In this document: positions 46,730 to 56,611 of the stretch, one piece after another
How the letters are laid out: every line of letters begins with the position of its first letter
Numbering within the stretch: the first letter of the stretch is position 1
DNA from: Desulfobulbaceae bacterium
Lineage (GTDB): Bacteria > Desulfobacterota > Desulfobulbia > Desulfobulbales > Desulfocapsaceae
Length of the DNA: 64,000 nucleotides
Assembly: GCA_026988015.1 (NCBI GenBank)
Contig: JALSMA010000001.1
Coordinates: 11,156-75,155, forward strand
Direction of reading: 5' to 3'
Position numbers and translations under genes: made by a program
The notes under the pieces: model-generated
Database searches by the model: none
Told to the model about the DNA's origin: nothing
What the model saw: the letters and a program-made list of their open reading frames with translations, nothing else

Positions 46730-48462
46730 GTTCCATTATTCATAAAATTACCCATTATCTAACCATAATTGTCCATGGAATCGATAAAGGCAGCAGCTAC
46801 AAAAACTTTCGTTTTATGCTCTACGGTGCAATGTTTGCTATTTGTTTTATTCCCCTCATCGTAGTCACAGGTCTCAGCTCACTAGAATATAAAAAACTTC
46901 TGGAAAAAGAAGAAGAAGAGCAGCTTCTCTGGCATACCCAGGGAACACAGAAAACCATCGAAGCATTTATCCATGAACTGCAATCCGTTGTTAAGTTTGT
47001 CTCTAAAAAGTACAATTACAATGAGCTCCTTGAACAAGAGAATGTCAGTGAGCTGTTTCTTCGCCTGAAGGATCAATATCCAGGATTTGTTGATCTTGGG
47101 GTGATCGGCCCCTCCGGAATTCAACAGAAATATGCAGGACCTTTTCGCCTTGAAGGCTATGACTATAGTGACCAGGATTGGTACGTGAAGGTCCTTGCCC
47201 GGCAGCTTTATATAAGCAATGTATTCATGGGGTTTAGAAAGTTGCCCCATTTTGTCATAGCTGTCAGCAATAAACTGCCCGGGAAGGAAGAATATTGGGT
47301 ACTGCGCCTCAGCATTGACTATGAAACCTTGCAAAACTACATATCAACCGTCAGTACCAAGGCTTCCCAGGATATTTTCCTTGTTAACAACCAGGGGGTT
47401 CTTCAAACCCGATCAAATATTTTCGGCGATCTTCTTGAAACCTATCCTTTTCTCAAACCTCCCCCAGAGGGGGAAATTATTATCAACACCGCAAACTACA
47501 ATGGTATAAAACAATTAAGATCTTTTGTTCATATTGAAGACAGCCCCTGGATTCTTGGTATAGTCAAAGAGACATACATATACGGAGAGAAATGGTCATC
47601 ATTCCGCCACAGGATGCGCCTAATTTTCCTTGGCTGTACATTTCTGGCCTTGGTGGTCATTATACAAGTCGTCAATGCTATAACAGATCGGCTGCGTGAA
47701 GCAGACGACAAGCGTAATGTTGCAATGACCGAGGCAGAACACACAAACAAACTCGCGTCTATAGGAAGGCTCGCCGCCGGTGTAGCCCATGAAATCAACA
47801 ACCCTCTGGCCATTATTGATCAAAAGGCGGGCCTTGTGACAGATCTAATGGTATTTGCAGATGACTTCCAACACAAGGAGAAGCTCCTTAAATCCATTGA
47901 TGGAATCCAAGATGCAGTGGAACGCTGCAAAGTCATAACCCACCGCCTTTTAGGGTTTGCCCGAAGGATGGATGTGGTCTTTGAATACATAGATATCACA
48001 GACCTCCTCCGTGAGGTCCTCGGTTTTCTTGAAAAAGAAGCCCTGTACAGCCATATTCGTTTCGAGCTTGCCTTTGCTGAAAACCTTCCCATGATTTTCA
48101 GCGACCGTGGCCAACTGCAGCAGATTTTCCTCAATATCACCAACAACGCCATTGATGCTATAGGAGAGGACGGTGAGATAACTCTCATCACCGTACTGCG
48201 CGAAGATGAGGATATTATAGACATTTCTGTCCATGACACCGGCCCCGGCATGCCTCCTGAGCTTATCAAACGTATATTCGATCCATTTTTTACCACGAAG
48301 GAGGCCGGACAAGGGACTGGCCTAGGCCTTTCCATAACTTATGGTCTGGTTAAAAAACTTGGTGGAAATATTACAGTCGAGTCAGAAGTTGGACAGGGGA
48401 CGACATTTACTGTAAGTCTACCTGTAAACAATTCCCATAAAGGTGGAGGGTTAAATGGATGA
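46726..48462 (+). CDS. Cache-domain sensor histidine kinase
   Basis: Two TMs flank a periplasmic domain of about 250 aa with Cache-like 'DWYVKVL...LYISNVF'. DHp is 'LAAGVAHEINNPLAII', the N-box is 'NITNNAIDA', G1 is 'DTGPGMP' and G2 is 'GTGLGLSITYGL'. Confidence 0.85.
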   Translation: MSSIIHKITHYLTIIVHGIDKGSSYKNFRFMLYGAMFAICFIPLIVVTGLSSLEYKKLLEKEEEEQLLWHTQGTQKTIEAFIHELQSVVKFVSKKYNYNELLEQENVSELFLRLKDQYPGFVDLGVIGPSGIQQKYAGPFRLEGYDYSDQDWYVKVLARQLYISNVFMGFRKLPHFVIAVSNKLPGKEEYWVLRLSIDYETLQNYISTVSTKASQDIFLVNNQGVLQTRSNIFGDLLETYPFLKPPPEGEIIINTANYNGIKQLRSFVHIEDSPWILGIVKETYIYGEKWSSFRHRMRLIFLGCTFLALVVIIQVVNAITDRLREADDKRNVAMTEAEHTNKLASIGRLAAGVAHEINNPLAIIDQKAGLVTDLMVFADDFQHKEKLLKSIDGIQDAVERCKVITHRLLGFARRMDVVFEYIDITDLLREVLGFLEKEALYSHIRFELAFAENLPMIFSDRGQLQQIFLNITNNAIDAIGEDGEITLITVLREDEDIIDISVHDTGPGMPPELIKRIFDPFFTTKEAGQGTGLGLSITYGLVKKLGGNITVESEVGQGTTFTVSLPVNNSHKGGGLNG

Positions 48463-48838
48463 GATCAAACTCTTAATCGTTGATGATGAAGTTGAGTTTG
48501 CTTCCGCACTCGCAGAAAGGCTTGAGCTGAGAAACTATCATGTTGATACAGCCAACAGTGGAACTGAAGCCCTGAAAGGACTTGGCTCCACTTATTTTCC
48601 TGATATAATTCTGCTGGATCTGAGAATGCCTGATATGAGTGGCTTTGATGTTCTTGTCAAAATTAAAGAGAAACACCCTGCCATTGAAGTCATAATGCTG
48701 ACAGGACATGGGGCTTCTTCCGGAGGATCAAGCAGCCTGGAAAAGGGAGCATTTGCTTTTATCATGAAACCTGTAAACATCTGTGATTTAACAAAAAAGA
48801 TACAAGAGGCTTATAAGAACCGCACATCAGCCCCTTAA
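48455..48838 (+). CDS. single-domain response regulator
   Basis: It overlaps the kinase 3' end by 8 nt. 'LLIVDDEVEFASALAERLELRN...ILLDLRMPDMSG...MLTGHG...IMKP'. Confidence 0.85.
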   Translation: MDEIKLLIVDDEVEFASALAERLELRNYHVDTANSGTEALKGLGSTYFPDIILLDLRMPDMSGFDVLVKIKEKHPAIEVIMLTGHGASSGGSSSLEKGAFAFIMKPVNICDLTKKIQEAYKNRTSAP

Positions 48839-48960
48839 GTGAAATCTGAATTCGGGAGTGTTCGACAGTAATAAGTGAGGCAAATGACGTCTTCAAACAT
48901 ACATCATCACGAATTGCATATTTGTGTTTCAAGGTGTGGTGAACTTGTAAAAAGCTAAAA

Positions 48961-49003
48961 TAAACGACAGCTAAGCAGGGGAGGAGTTTTTACAACGCCG
49001 CCT
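48961..49003 (-). repeat. possible degenerate, inverted copy D of the 5' block of the dispersed repeat
   Basis: The reverse complement GGCGGCGTTGTAAAAACTCCTCCCCTGCTTAGCTGTCGTTT aligns loosely with GGCGTCGTAAAAACTCATCATCTACTTCGTTGCTGCATTT. It shares an exact GTAAAAACTC core and about 60% of positions after that (by eye). Confidence 0.25.
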
Positions 49004-49025
49004 GTATGTTGCCAACGAAACAATA

Positions 49026-49745
49026 ATGAATCCATTACGGATTCAGAAAAAAACAAGGATTCGCATCATGAGGATGAAACTGGAAAACACATTGCGAGAC
49101 AGACAACTTGCCTCTGTGGGAAAATTACTGGCAGGCTACACCCATGAGCTCAAAAATCATCTGGCTATCATCAACGAGTCCAGCGGCCTAATGGCTGACC
49201 TGCTTGGCATGACCGAAAGTGAAGATGAACAGACCCGCGTCAGATTCAAGAAAATTATCAATACCATTGGTGAACGTATCCGGGAGGCGAATGGCATGGC
49301 CAACCATTTAAACAGTTTTGCCCACCGCATGGACACGTCACTGTCGAGTTTTAATGTAAACGATCTCTTGATCGAAGAACTTGCTCTTATCGACCGGGTG
49401 GCACGGTTAAAGAACATCCGGCTAAAAGTCAACCTTCAAGACAACATACCGCCAATTACCAATAACCCATCCTTGTTTCAATTTATCATTTTTATGATAA
49501 TTCAGGAACTTACAAACAGCCTTGCTGCAGGGAGTGTCATTGAAATCTCATCACATATAAATGACCAGATAATCCGTGTCTGTCTCAGTAGCACCGAACC
49601 ACTTGACACAATACCGGAATCACCAGAACCAGATAACAGCGACGAAGTGTTGCAATTTGTCGCCGCAAAAATGAACATCGGTCTCAACCGGACACCTCCA
49701 GGATCAGACCCGTACCAGATTATTTTGACTCTGCCATCTACCTGA
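49026..49745 (+). CDS. soluble histidine-kinase-like protein with intact DHp His but a degenerate ATP-binding domain
   Basis: 'LASVGKLLAGYTHELKNHLAIINESSGLMADLL' resembles the DHp of the Cache kinase. The C-terminal half lacks recognisable G1 (DxGxG) and G2 (GxGLG) boxes. The start is uncertain (alternative ATG at 49068). Confidence 0.55.
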   Translation: MNPLRIQKKTRIRIMRMKLENTLRDRQLASVGKLLAGYTHELKNHLAIINESSGLMADLLGMTESEDEQTRVRFKKIINTIGERIREANGMANHLNSFAHRMDTSLSSFNVNDLLIEELALIDRVARLKNIRLKVNLQDNIPPITNNPSLFQFIIFMIIQELTNSLAAGSVIEISSHINDQIIRVCLSSTEPLDTIPESPEPDNSDEVLQFVAAKMNIGLNRTPPGSDPYQIILTLPST

Positions 49746-50028
49746 CCTTCTGTCATTTGTCATTCTCACAGTCCTGAAGCCATGCCCGTTCGATGGTGAT
49801 GGAGCCTGTTTTTTTTCTTCAGGTTGATTATAGTGTAGTGTGTCCATGGGTTTGAAGAGAACAGGATGCACCGGCTGCGAACGCCCTGAAGAGAGGTAGA
49901 TGTTTTTTTCAAATTTCCCTGGTTACTACTTGTGAGCCTGTACTTTAATCCATTGCCACAGCAACCAATCACGAACCCATCACAGATTCAAATATTTATA
50001 TAACGTCACTTTAAGGAAAGAGGAACAT

Positions 50029-50466
50029 ATGAACACAATTGAAGGGAAAGTATTGTTAGTTGACGACGAAGAAAAATTTCTGGAAGTTCTCTCTGAACGT
50101 CTCGAAACCCATGGTCTGAAGGTCAGTACAGCTACAAGTGGTGAAGATGCACTCGATCGGGCTGAAGATCAGAACTTTGACGCCATCATTGTTGATCTTG
50201 CCATGCCTGGCATTGACGGTATCGAAACTCTGCGCCGCCTCAAGGAAAAAAATGGTGACCTGGAAATTATCATTTTAACTGGTCATGCCTCTGTAAAAAA
50301 GGGCATTGATGCAATGAAACTTGGCGCTGAAGATTTCCTTGAGAAACCAGTTGATTTAAGCGTTCTACTCGACAAAATAAATGAAGCCAAGCATAAGAGA
50401 ATGCTCATAATGGAAAAGAAATCTCTCGATAAGGTTAAAAAGATACTTAAGACGAAGGCCTGGTAA
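50029..50466 (+). CDS. single-domain response regulator with conserved C-terminal tail (paralog of 40556-40996)
   Basis: 'VLLVDDEEKFLEVLSERLETHG...IVDLAMPGIDGIE...IILTGHA...FLEKP' and the tail 'AKHKRMLIMEKKSLDKVKKILKTKAW'. Confidence 0.85.
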   Translation: MNTIEGKVLLVDDEEKFLEVLSERLETHGLKVSTATSGEDALDRAEDQNFDAIIVDLAMPGIDGIETLRRLKEKNGDLEIIILTGHASVKKGIDAMKLGAEDFLEKPVDLSVLLDKINEAKHKRMLIMEKKSLDKVKKILKTKAW

Positions 50467-50749
50467 TTTGCCGATCTTTGCGGAAAACAGATTTTTCTTT
50501 AACTGCCGGTCTTTAGTTGCTATATTGTAAGCAAGGTAAAATAGCAGTTGCAGCTCTAACCATTCCCTCCGATCTCTACAAATGTTGCAGGTGCCTGAAT
50601 CAGTGAGTATTCGATGGTGATACAAGCTGACTTCCCCAAACATACCTGATTGCATGTTATATACTTTAGTTTCAACATGTTACCATGCAAAACTACCACA
50701 AGGTAGCCACGGATTCAGGATATATACATAACCGGTGAGCAGGTGAACA

Positions 50750-50941
50750 ATGGCTGAGAAAGTACAAATTGACCAGGATGAATGTATCGGGTGTGAAACC
50801 TGTGTAGAACTTTGCAAAAGTGTATTTGCCTTTAATGAAGATGATGGCAAGGCTTATGTGATTGACGAGGATACAGTGGATAAGAACTGTGTTAAAGAAG
50901 CCATAGGCTCCTGCCCCGCTGAATGCATCAGCTGCGAATAA
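50750..50941 (+). CDS. small single-cluster ferredoxin
   Basis: 63 aa, 'CIGCETCVELC' plus a distal 'SCPAECISC'. This is the pattern of short [4Fe-4S]/[3Fe-4S] ferredoxins. Confidence 0.7.
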   Translation: MAEKVQIDQDECIGCETCVELCKSVFAFNEDDGKAYVIDEDTVDKNCVKEAIGSCPAECISCE

Positions 50942-51066
50942 AAACATCTTCCCTCTTCACTGGTGAACCAGGGTACCATAATTCCACCACCTCAAAAAAA
51001 ACCGAATAGTCTTTTAAAACAGTGGCGTTTTTTAATTCTTCAGCAATATGTCTGAAATTCACAATA

Positions 51067-52866
51067 ATGAAACCCGCTTTCTTCCCGCCCCGAAAATTCA
51101 GAGATAGTTTTTTGCCCATCCTCTCTTTAATCGTCGTGGGATTTTTTTACATCCTGTCCTCTGCAACTCCACTTCTGGCCAAGCCTCCCCTTGTCGTAAC
51201 AGTACGGGGACTTGAAGATCCTTTGTATGAAAACGTCCTCAATTTCCTTGATATCGAGAAACAGAAAGATAACAAAGAACTCACCCGGCACTGGATACAG
51301 AGCCTCCACCAGCAGGCCAATCAGGAAATCAAAGAAGCATTGCAGCCTTATGGCTACTACCAGCCTGAGATCGTAGCTGATTTACGAGAAACAGATGGGG
51401 TTTGGAACGCAACCTATACTGTGGACAAGGGTCTGCCCGTTAAGATTACCAAACGTGATATTCGCTGGACAGGAGAAGGGGCGGCAGAATATGTTTTCCA
51501 GGAAAGCATCAAGAATTACTTTAAAAACTGCAGCAACCGCCTTGTTCATTCCGAGTATGAAGCGGCAAAAAACAGTTTTATGAGTGTTGCCTTCTCCACT
51601 GGTTACCCAAAAGCGAAATTTATAACGAGTAAATGGCTGGTGGATCTAGCCCGTAACAGTGCTGAACTCACCCTTCACATGGATACCGGTCCACTGTATT
51701 ACTTTGGAGACGTATTCTTTCAACAGGACTTTTTAGATCCGGATCTGCTGGCCCAGTATAACAATATTAAAAAAGGGAGCCCCTACTCCCATGAAGACCT
51801 GCTCACCTTTCAGCAGATTCTGATAGCCAGTAACTACGCCAGAGAAGTCACCATCGAACCACTCTTTCACAAAGCACACAATAACCTTTTACCGGTAAAT
51901 GTCCTGATGGATCCCATAGTTCCACACAGGTTCACCTTTGGGCTTGGCTACGAAACTGATGTTGGACTGCGAGGATCTGCGCGATGGGATGACCGACTGA
52001 TCAACCGCTACGGACATCACTCTGAAGTACTTATAAAGCTTTCCGGGAAAGAGAGTACCCTTCGGGGACAATACAGTATCCCCGTTGTAAACCCAATGAC
52101 TGACAACTGGGTTTCATCAACAAGTTACAACTATGAAGAAACACCCGACACCAGCAGCAGCACCTTTGACCTGGAAACAGCCTTTGTCCACAGAAATTTT
52201 GAAGATACTCAGTTTTACAAAGCCTTCATCCTTGCGGCAAGTGAGATTTTCACTGTTGGGAACACCCCGAAGACCACAACAAACTTGCTCATCCCCGGTG
52301 GCACCGTGCGCTTCTCCACCATGGAAAAGACAGTTTTCCCCCAAAAAGGCTACTATTTTTTCACAGACCTCCGCGGTGCTGCAGAGACTATGTTCTCAGA
52401 TACCAATTTTGCACGCCTCCATGTTAAGGGACAATACATGATGGGACTAGGAGAGAATGGACGCATAAATACACGCATGGAAGTTGGAGCGGCATGGGTA
52501 GATAATTTTTCTATTTATCCAACCTCCCTCAGGTTTTTTGCAGGTGGCGATAACTCAGTACGGGGATACAGCTATGAATCCCTCGGCCCCAGAGATGACC
52601 TTGGAGTAGTTGTCGGTGGAAAGCAGGTCTTTTCCGGCAGCCTTCAATATGACCATAGAGTTGCCGAATCCTGGGTAGTGGATGGGTTTGTTGATCTGGG
52701 TAACGCTTACAACGACACTTTGGATAAAGTCTTTGTCGGGGCAGGGCTAGGATTTCGCTGGCTGGCACCATTTGGTTCCCTTCGCTTCGACATTGCCTAT
52801 CCAGCCAGCGAGCAACCACAACTTGATGACTGGCGAATTCATATCGGTTTTGGAGCAACATTGTGA
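51067..52866 (+). CDS. tamA: TamA/BamA-family outer-membrane protein assembly factor
   Basis: The ORF is trimmed to the ATG at 51067, giving a signal peptide. It has POTRA-like repeats and a C-terminal Omp85 barrel with 'FFAGGDNSVRGYSYESLGP'. It is followed by, and overlaps, tamB. Confidence 0.6.
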   Translation: MKPAFFPPRKFRDSFLPILSLIVVGFFYILSSATPLLAKPPLVVTVRGLEDPLYENVLNFLDIEKQKDNKELTRHWIQSLHQQANQEIKEALQPYGYYQPEIVADLRETDGVWNATYTVDKGLPVKITKRDIRWTGEGAAEYVFQESIKNYFKNCSNRLVHSEYEAAKNSFMSVAFSTGYPKAKFITSKWLVDLARNSAELTLHMDTGPLYYFGDVFFQQDFLDPDLLAQYNNIKKGSPYSHEDLLTFQQILIASNYAREVTIEPLFHKAHNNLLPVNVLMDPIVPHRFTFGLGYETDVGLRGSARWDDRLINRYGHHSEVLIKLSGKESTLRGQYSIPVVNPMTDNWVSSTSYNYEETPDTSSSTFDLETAFVHRNFEDTQFYKAFILAASEIFTVGNTPKTTTNLLIPGGTVRFSTMEKTVFPQKGYYFFTDLRGAAETMFSDTNFARLHVKGQYMMGLGENGRINTRMEVGAAWVDNFSIYPTSLRFFAGGDNSVRGYSYESLGPRDDLGVVVGGKQVFSGSLQYDHRVAESWVVDGFVDLGNAYNDTLDKVFVGAGLGFRWLAPFGSLRFDIAYPASEQPQLDDWRIHIGFGATL

Positions 52867-55800
52867 AAAAGTTGATCTTACGCTCTGGCGCTGCTCTGTT
52901 TGCCTTGATACTGCTCCTGGGTGGTACTTTCTTCTTCCTCACAGGAACAGAGCGAGGCACATCCTTCCTGCTCAACCAGGTAACCAATCTTGTTGGTACA
53001 CTCCACATTGGATCGTCCAGCGGCGCACTTCTTGATAGACTCGAGCTTCAGGATGTTCTTATTCAAAATCCAGCAACAGGGATTATCAAGATCAATCGAC
53101 TTGTTTTTGACTGGAAAAGCAGCGAAATGCTCCGCCTCCATCTCCACATCCTTGAATTCACTGCTGACACCATCGTCTACACCCTGCCGACTACCAGCGA
53201 AAAGCCCCCCCCTGACAAAAACAAACCGTTCACGCTCCCTGAAATCAGGCTTCCCTTCAATATCACTATCGCTAAACTTGAACTGCACAATTTTATAATC
53301 CTCTCTGCAACAAACAACACTGAAGCTTTCGTAGTCAGTAGTGCCGGCATTGCCCTCCACTGGGACAAAAACATTTTCCTACAAAGGCTGGACATCTCTC
53401 TTCCACAGGTAACAGTTACTGCCTCCGGAGTGATCAGCCCCACAGGGAATTATCCGCTGCAACTGTCGACATCAATGACAACCAGAGGTGATGGCATTCC
53501 CTCAGTTGAAATCCAGGGTGAATATAATGGAAACCTGGACGGACTTGATATCAAAGAGCGGATTCGTGGAGATATTCAGGGTGGACTGGATATACATATT
53601 AAAAGTGTTCTCAGCAATCCAAGCTACCGGGCATCCCTCGATATCACAAGCCTACAACCAAAACTATTCAGCCTCGATATCCCTGGAGATCTTACAGGAA
53701 AAATAGAGTGCAAGGGTGATCTGCGGCAACTTTCCGCCTCTGCAACCCTTGGCTTAAGAGACCCAGAAAACAGTGCTTTAAATGTAGATGCAACCCTGAA
53801 TGCGGATATGCAGCTGGACACCCTGGCCACCACCATCAGCCAGCTGACAATACAGCAGCTCAATTCAAAGGGCCGCATCGATCTCTCCGGAACCGTAGAC
53901 AACAGCCAAGATATGGATCTGGTACTGCAGTGGCAGGAGCTGCAATGGCCACTGACCGGTAAGAGCATTTACAGCACTACTCGGGGACAGATATCCATCC
54001 AAGGTACTCCCGACAACTATCATCTGAAAGTTACGGATGTAATGGCCTCCGGAGGTAGCATCCCATCCGCAACCATTCAGTTGAGTGGTGACGGAAGCAA
54101 AGACGCGATAACCAACCTTAGTCTTCATTCCAATCTCCTTGATGGTTCCGCTACGATTACAGGAAAGATTCAATGGTCACCGGTTGTTACCTGGCAACTG
54201 AAAAGTATCGGGCACGAGATCAACCCCGGAGTAAAATATTCAGATTGGCCCGGCAAACTTGCCTGGCAGATTAAATCATCCGGTGATCTGAAGGGCTCAG
54301 GCGTCACTGCTGACATAACCTTAACAACGTTGCAGGGCCATCTCAGGGAACTTCCCCTTGCTGGAACCGGACACATAGCAGTCTCTCCAGATGAGTTTGC
54401 AATCAGCAAACTTCTTATTTCCTCAGGTGATACCACAATTTCCGCCAATGGTGTTATTGGCCAGCATTCACAACTTGAATGGGCTATGGACATCAGTGAC
54501 CTTTCCGATCTCTATCCCGAGGCTGAAGGTACATTTCTTGCTACCGGGAGCATACTTGGAAAGATGAAAGACCCTCGGCTGAAACTGCAGCTGCAAGGAT
54601 CAGCCATTGCTTTTGAGGATATCAAACTCGCAGAGTTGCAGGCAGCTGCTGATCTTGATCTCAGCTGGCAAACCCCTTTCAACGTGAACATCAGCGGCAG
54701 CCATCTGGAGGTTGGGAAAAACCTTTTAGATACAGTATGCATGAAAGGATCCGGGACAAAAGAAGATCACAATCTGCAGATATCTGCCGTACATTCCCTG
54801 GCTGAGATCGCTATCGGCTTCAGGGGTGAATATGAAAATGAGCAGTGGTATGGAACCATTTCGCAACTTGATCTACACTCGGCAGACTTTGGTAGCTGGC
54901 GTTTGGAACAGGCAGTAAAGCTATCCGCAAACACCAGCACTGCGGAGATTGACACAATCTGCCTTAGCCGTAATCAATCTGCACTCTGCCTTGGTGGGGC
55001 ATGGGAAGCAGCAGCAAACAGGACTGAAGCAGAGCTCAAACTGACATCCCTGCCCCTGACCATGTTTTCACCATGGCTCCCCGATTCCGTAAAATACTTC
55101 AGTGGATCGCTTTCTGGAAACGCCAGTGTCACCATGACGGAGAACCTCAAGGCTGGAATAACTCTGGAAATCAGCCCGGGAAGCATTTCCTATATCACCA
55201 ATCAAAAAGAAAGAAACCTACCCCACGAAGGCGGCAGGCTTGAGCTTCATATTCTGGACAACTCCCTTGACGCAGACTTTCGTTTGGGAATCGATTCAAA
55301 CAGCATCACAGCCAGACTTAAATCACCAGATATACTCGTCGGCCACACTCTCAACAGTGATGCCAGCCTTGATGGAGATATAACCATTCAGGCCCGGGAA
55401 TTTGAGATCATAGAAGCTCTAGTCCCCGCAGTCCAAAAACTCGACGCTGCCATGAATATTAACCTGGACATCCAGGGTAGTTTCAGCAAGCCGGACATTA
55501 ACGGCACAGGAAAGATTGCTATCCCTCACCTCTGGGTCCCAAAGGCAGGCCTTGATCTCCGAGATACCACGTTTTCCCTTCTGTCTGACTCAACAGAAAT
55601 CAGTTTTGAGGGAAAACTGAATTCCCGCGACGGTTTCATGAATCTAGATGGCAGAGCCACACTGGATGCATCTCAAAACTGGCCTCTCCAGGTTTCTCTC
55701 AAAGGAAGGAACTTTCTTCTTATCAACCTGCCGGAGGCACAACTATTTCTTTCATCAGACCTCCTTTTCAAAAGGGAAGATGGGGTGCTGAGCATAACGG

Positions 55801-56549
55801 GCGAGGCCACTATCCCAAGAGCTGATATTCTCCTGCGGGATCTCCCTAAAGGAAGCCAGACACCCTCTCCAGATGTTGTCATTCTTCAGGAAGAAAAGGA
55901 AGAAGACACCTCACTGCCACTCCACACCAACCTCAAGCTAATTCTTGGGGACAATATCCATTTTGCCGGATTTGGCCTTAACGCCTTTATCAACGGTCAG
56001 CTTCACATTCTCGCAGAGCCGGATGAGCCAATGACCGGCAGCGGCGCTTTCTATATTAAACAGGGGAATTTCCGCGCCTATGGGCAGGACCTTACTATTG
56101 AAACAGGAGTAATCTCCTTTCCGGGCGGTCCCTTAACTCAACCCGGAATAAACCTCAGGGCAACACGAAATGTGGGAGACATAGTCGCCGGTATTACTGC
56201 AATCGGTCCTGCCACAAAACCACGGATTACAACATTTTCCAACCCACCCATGTCAGAGAGCCAGGTGATATCATACCTGCTCACCGGTGCAGGGCCAGGT
56301 GGCGGAAACCAAGGTGCCAAAGTGTCCATAGGCCGTCAGATTAATAACAAGCTCTCTGTGTCTGTTGGTACTGACGTGAAAACCGGGGATTCAGAATTTG
56401 TCACCCGATACCGTCTCAATCACAAAATCTATGTTCAAACCACAACAGCATCAAACGGCAACGCCGCCGACATCTTTTACACTTTTGAAACCGGGAAAAT
56501 AACGCAGAAAGAAGCAGAATCGGGACTACTGCCTGTGCCTGAGAAATAA
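52863..56549 (+). CDS. tamB: translocation and assembly module protein TamB (DUF490)
   Basis: GTGA overlap with tamA. It has an N-terminal anchor helix and a 1228-aa beta-rich body. The C-terminal DUF490-like region is 'GNFRAYGQDLTIETGVISFPGGPL...PRITTFSNPPMSESQVISYLLTG'. Confidence 0.8.
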   Translation: MKKLILRSGAALFALILLLGGTFFFLTGTERGTSFLLNQVTNLVGTLHIGSSSGALLDRLELQDVLIQNPATGIIKINRLVFDWKSSEMLRLHLHILEFTADTIVYTLPTTSEKPPPDKNKPFTLPEIRLPFNITIAKLELHNFIILSATNNTEAFVVSSAGIALHWDKNIFLQRLDISLPQVTVTASGVISPTGNYPLQLSTSMTTRGDGIPSVEIQGEYNGNLDGLDIKERIRGDIQGGLDIHIKSVLSNPSYRASLDITSLQPKLFSLDIPGDLTGKIECKGDLRQLSASATLGLRDPENSALNVDATLNADMQLDTLATTISQLTIQQLNSKGRIDLSGTVDNSQDMDLVLQWQELQWPLTGKSIYSTTRGQISIQGTPDNYHLKVTDVMASGGSIPSATIQLSGDGSKDAITNLSLHSNLLDGSATITGKIQWSPVVTWQLKSIGHEINPGVKYSDWPGKLAWQIKSSGDLKGSGVTADITLTTLQGHLRELPLAGTGHIAVSPDEFAISKLLISSGDTTISANGVIGQHSQLEWAMDISDLSDLYPEAEGTFLATGSILGKMKDPRLKLQLQGSAIAFEDIKLAELQAAADLDLSWQTPFNVNISGSHLEVGKNLLDTVCMKGSGTKEDHNLQISAVHSLAEIAIGFRGEYENEQWYGTISQLDLHSADFGSWRLEQAVKLSANTSTAEIDTICLSRNQSALCLGGAWEAAANRTEAELKLTSLPLTMFSPWLPDSVKYFSGSLSGNASVTMTENLKAGITLEISPGSISYITNQKERNLPHEGGRLELHILDNSLDADFRLGIDSNSITARLKSPDILVGHTLNSDASLDGDITIQAREFEIIEALVPAVQKLDAAMNINLDIQGSFSKPDINGTGKIAIPHLWVPKAGLDLRDTTFSLLSDSTEISFEGKLNSRDGFMNLDGRATLDASQNWPLQVSLKGRNFLLINLPEAQLFLSSDLLFKREDGVLSITGEATIPRADILLRDLPKGSQTPSPDVVILQEEKEEDTSLPLHTNLKLILGDNIHFAGFGLNAFINGQLHILAEPDEPMTGSGAFYIKQGNFRAYGQDLTIETGVISFPGGPLTQPGINLRATRNVGDIVAGITAIGPATKPRITTFSNPPMSESQVISYLLTGAGPGGGNQGAKVSIGRQINNKLSVSVGTDVKTGDSEFVTRYRLNHKIYVQTTTASNGNAADIFYTFETGKITQKEAESGLLPVPEK

Positions 56550-56565
56550 ATGGGATGCGTTTTTA

Positions 56566-56604
56566 TTTAGCCATCTATCAATTGACCTTTTTATAAGATT
56601 GTCA
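56566..56604 (+). repeat. dispersed intergenic repeat, copy C (3' block only)
   Basis: TTTAGCCATCTATCAATTGACCTTTTTATAAGATTGTCA compared with 10907-10945 CTTAACCATTTATCAATTGACCTTTTTACGAGATTGTCA. Confidence 0.55.
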
Positions 56605-56611
56605 GGTTTGA

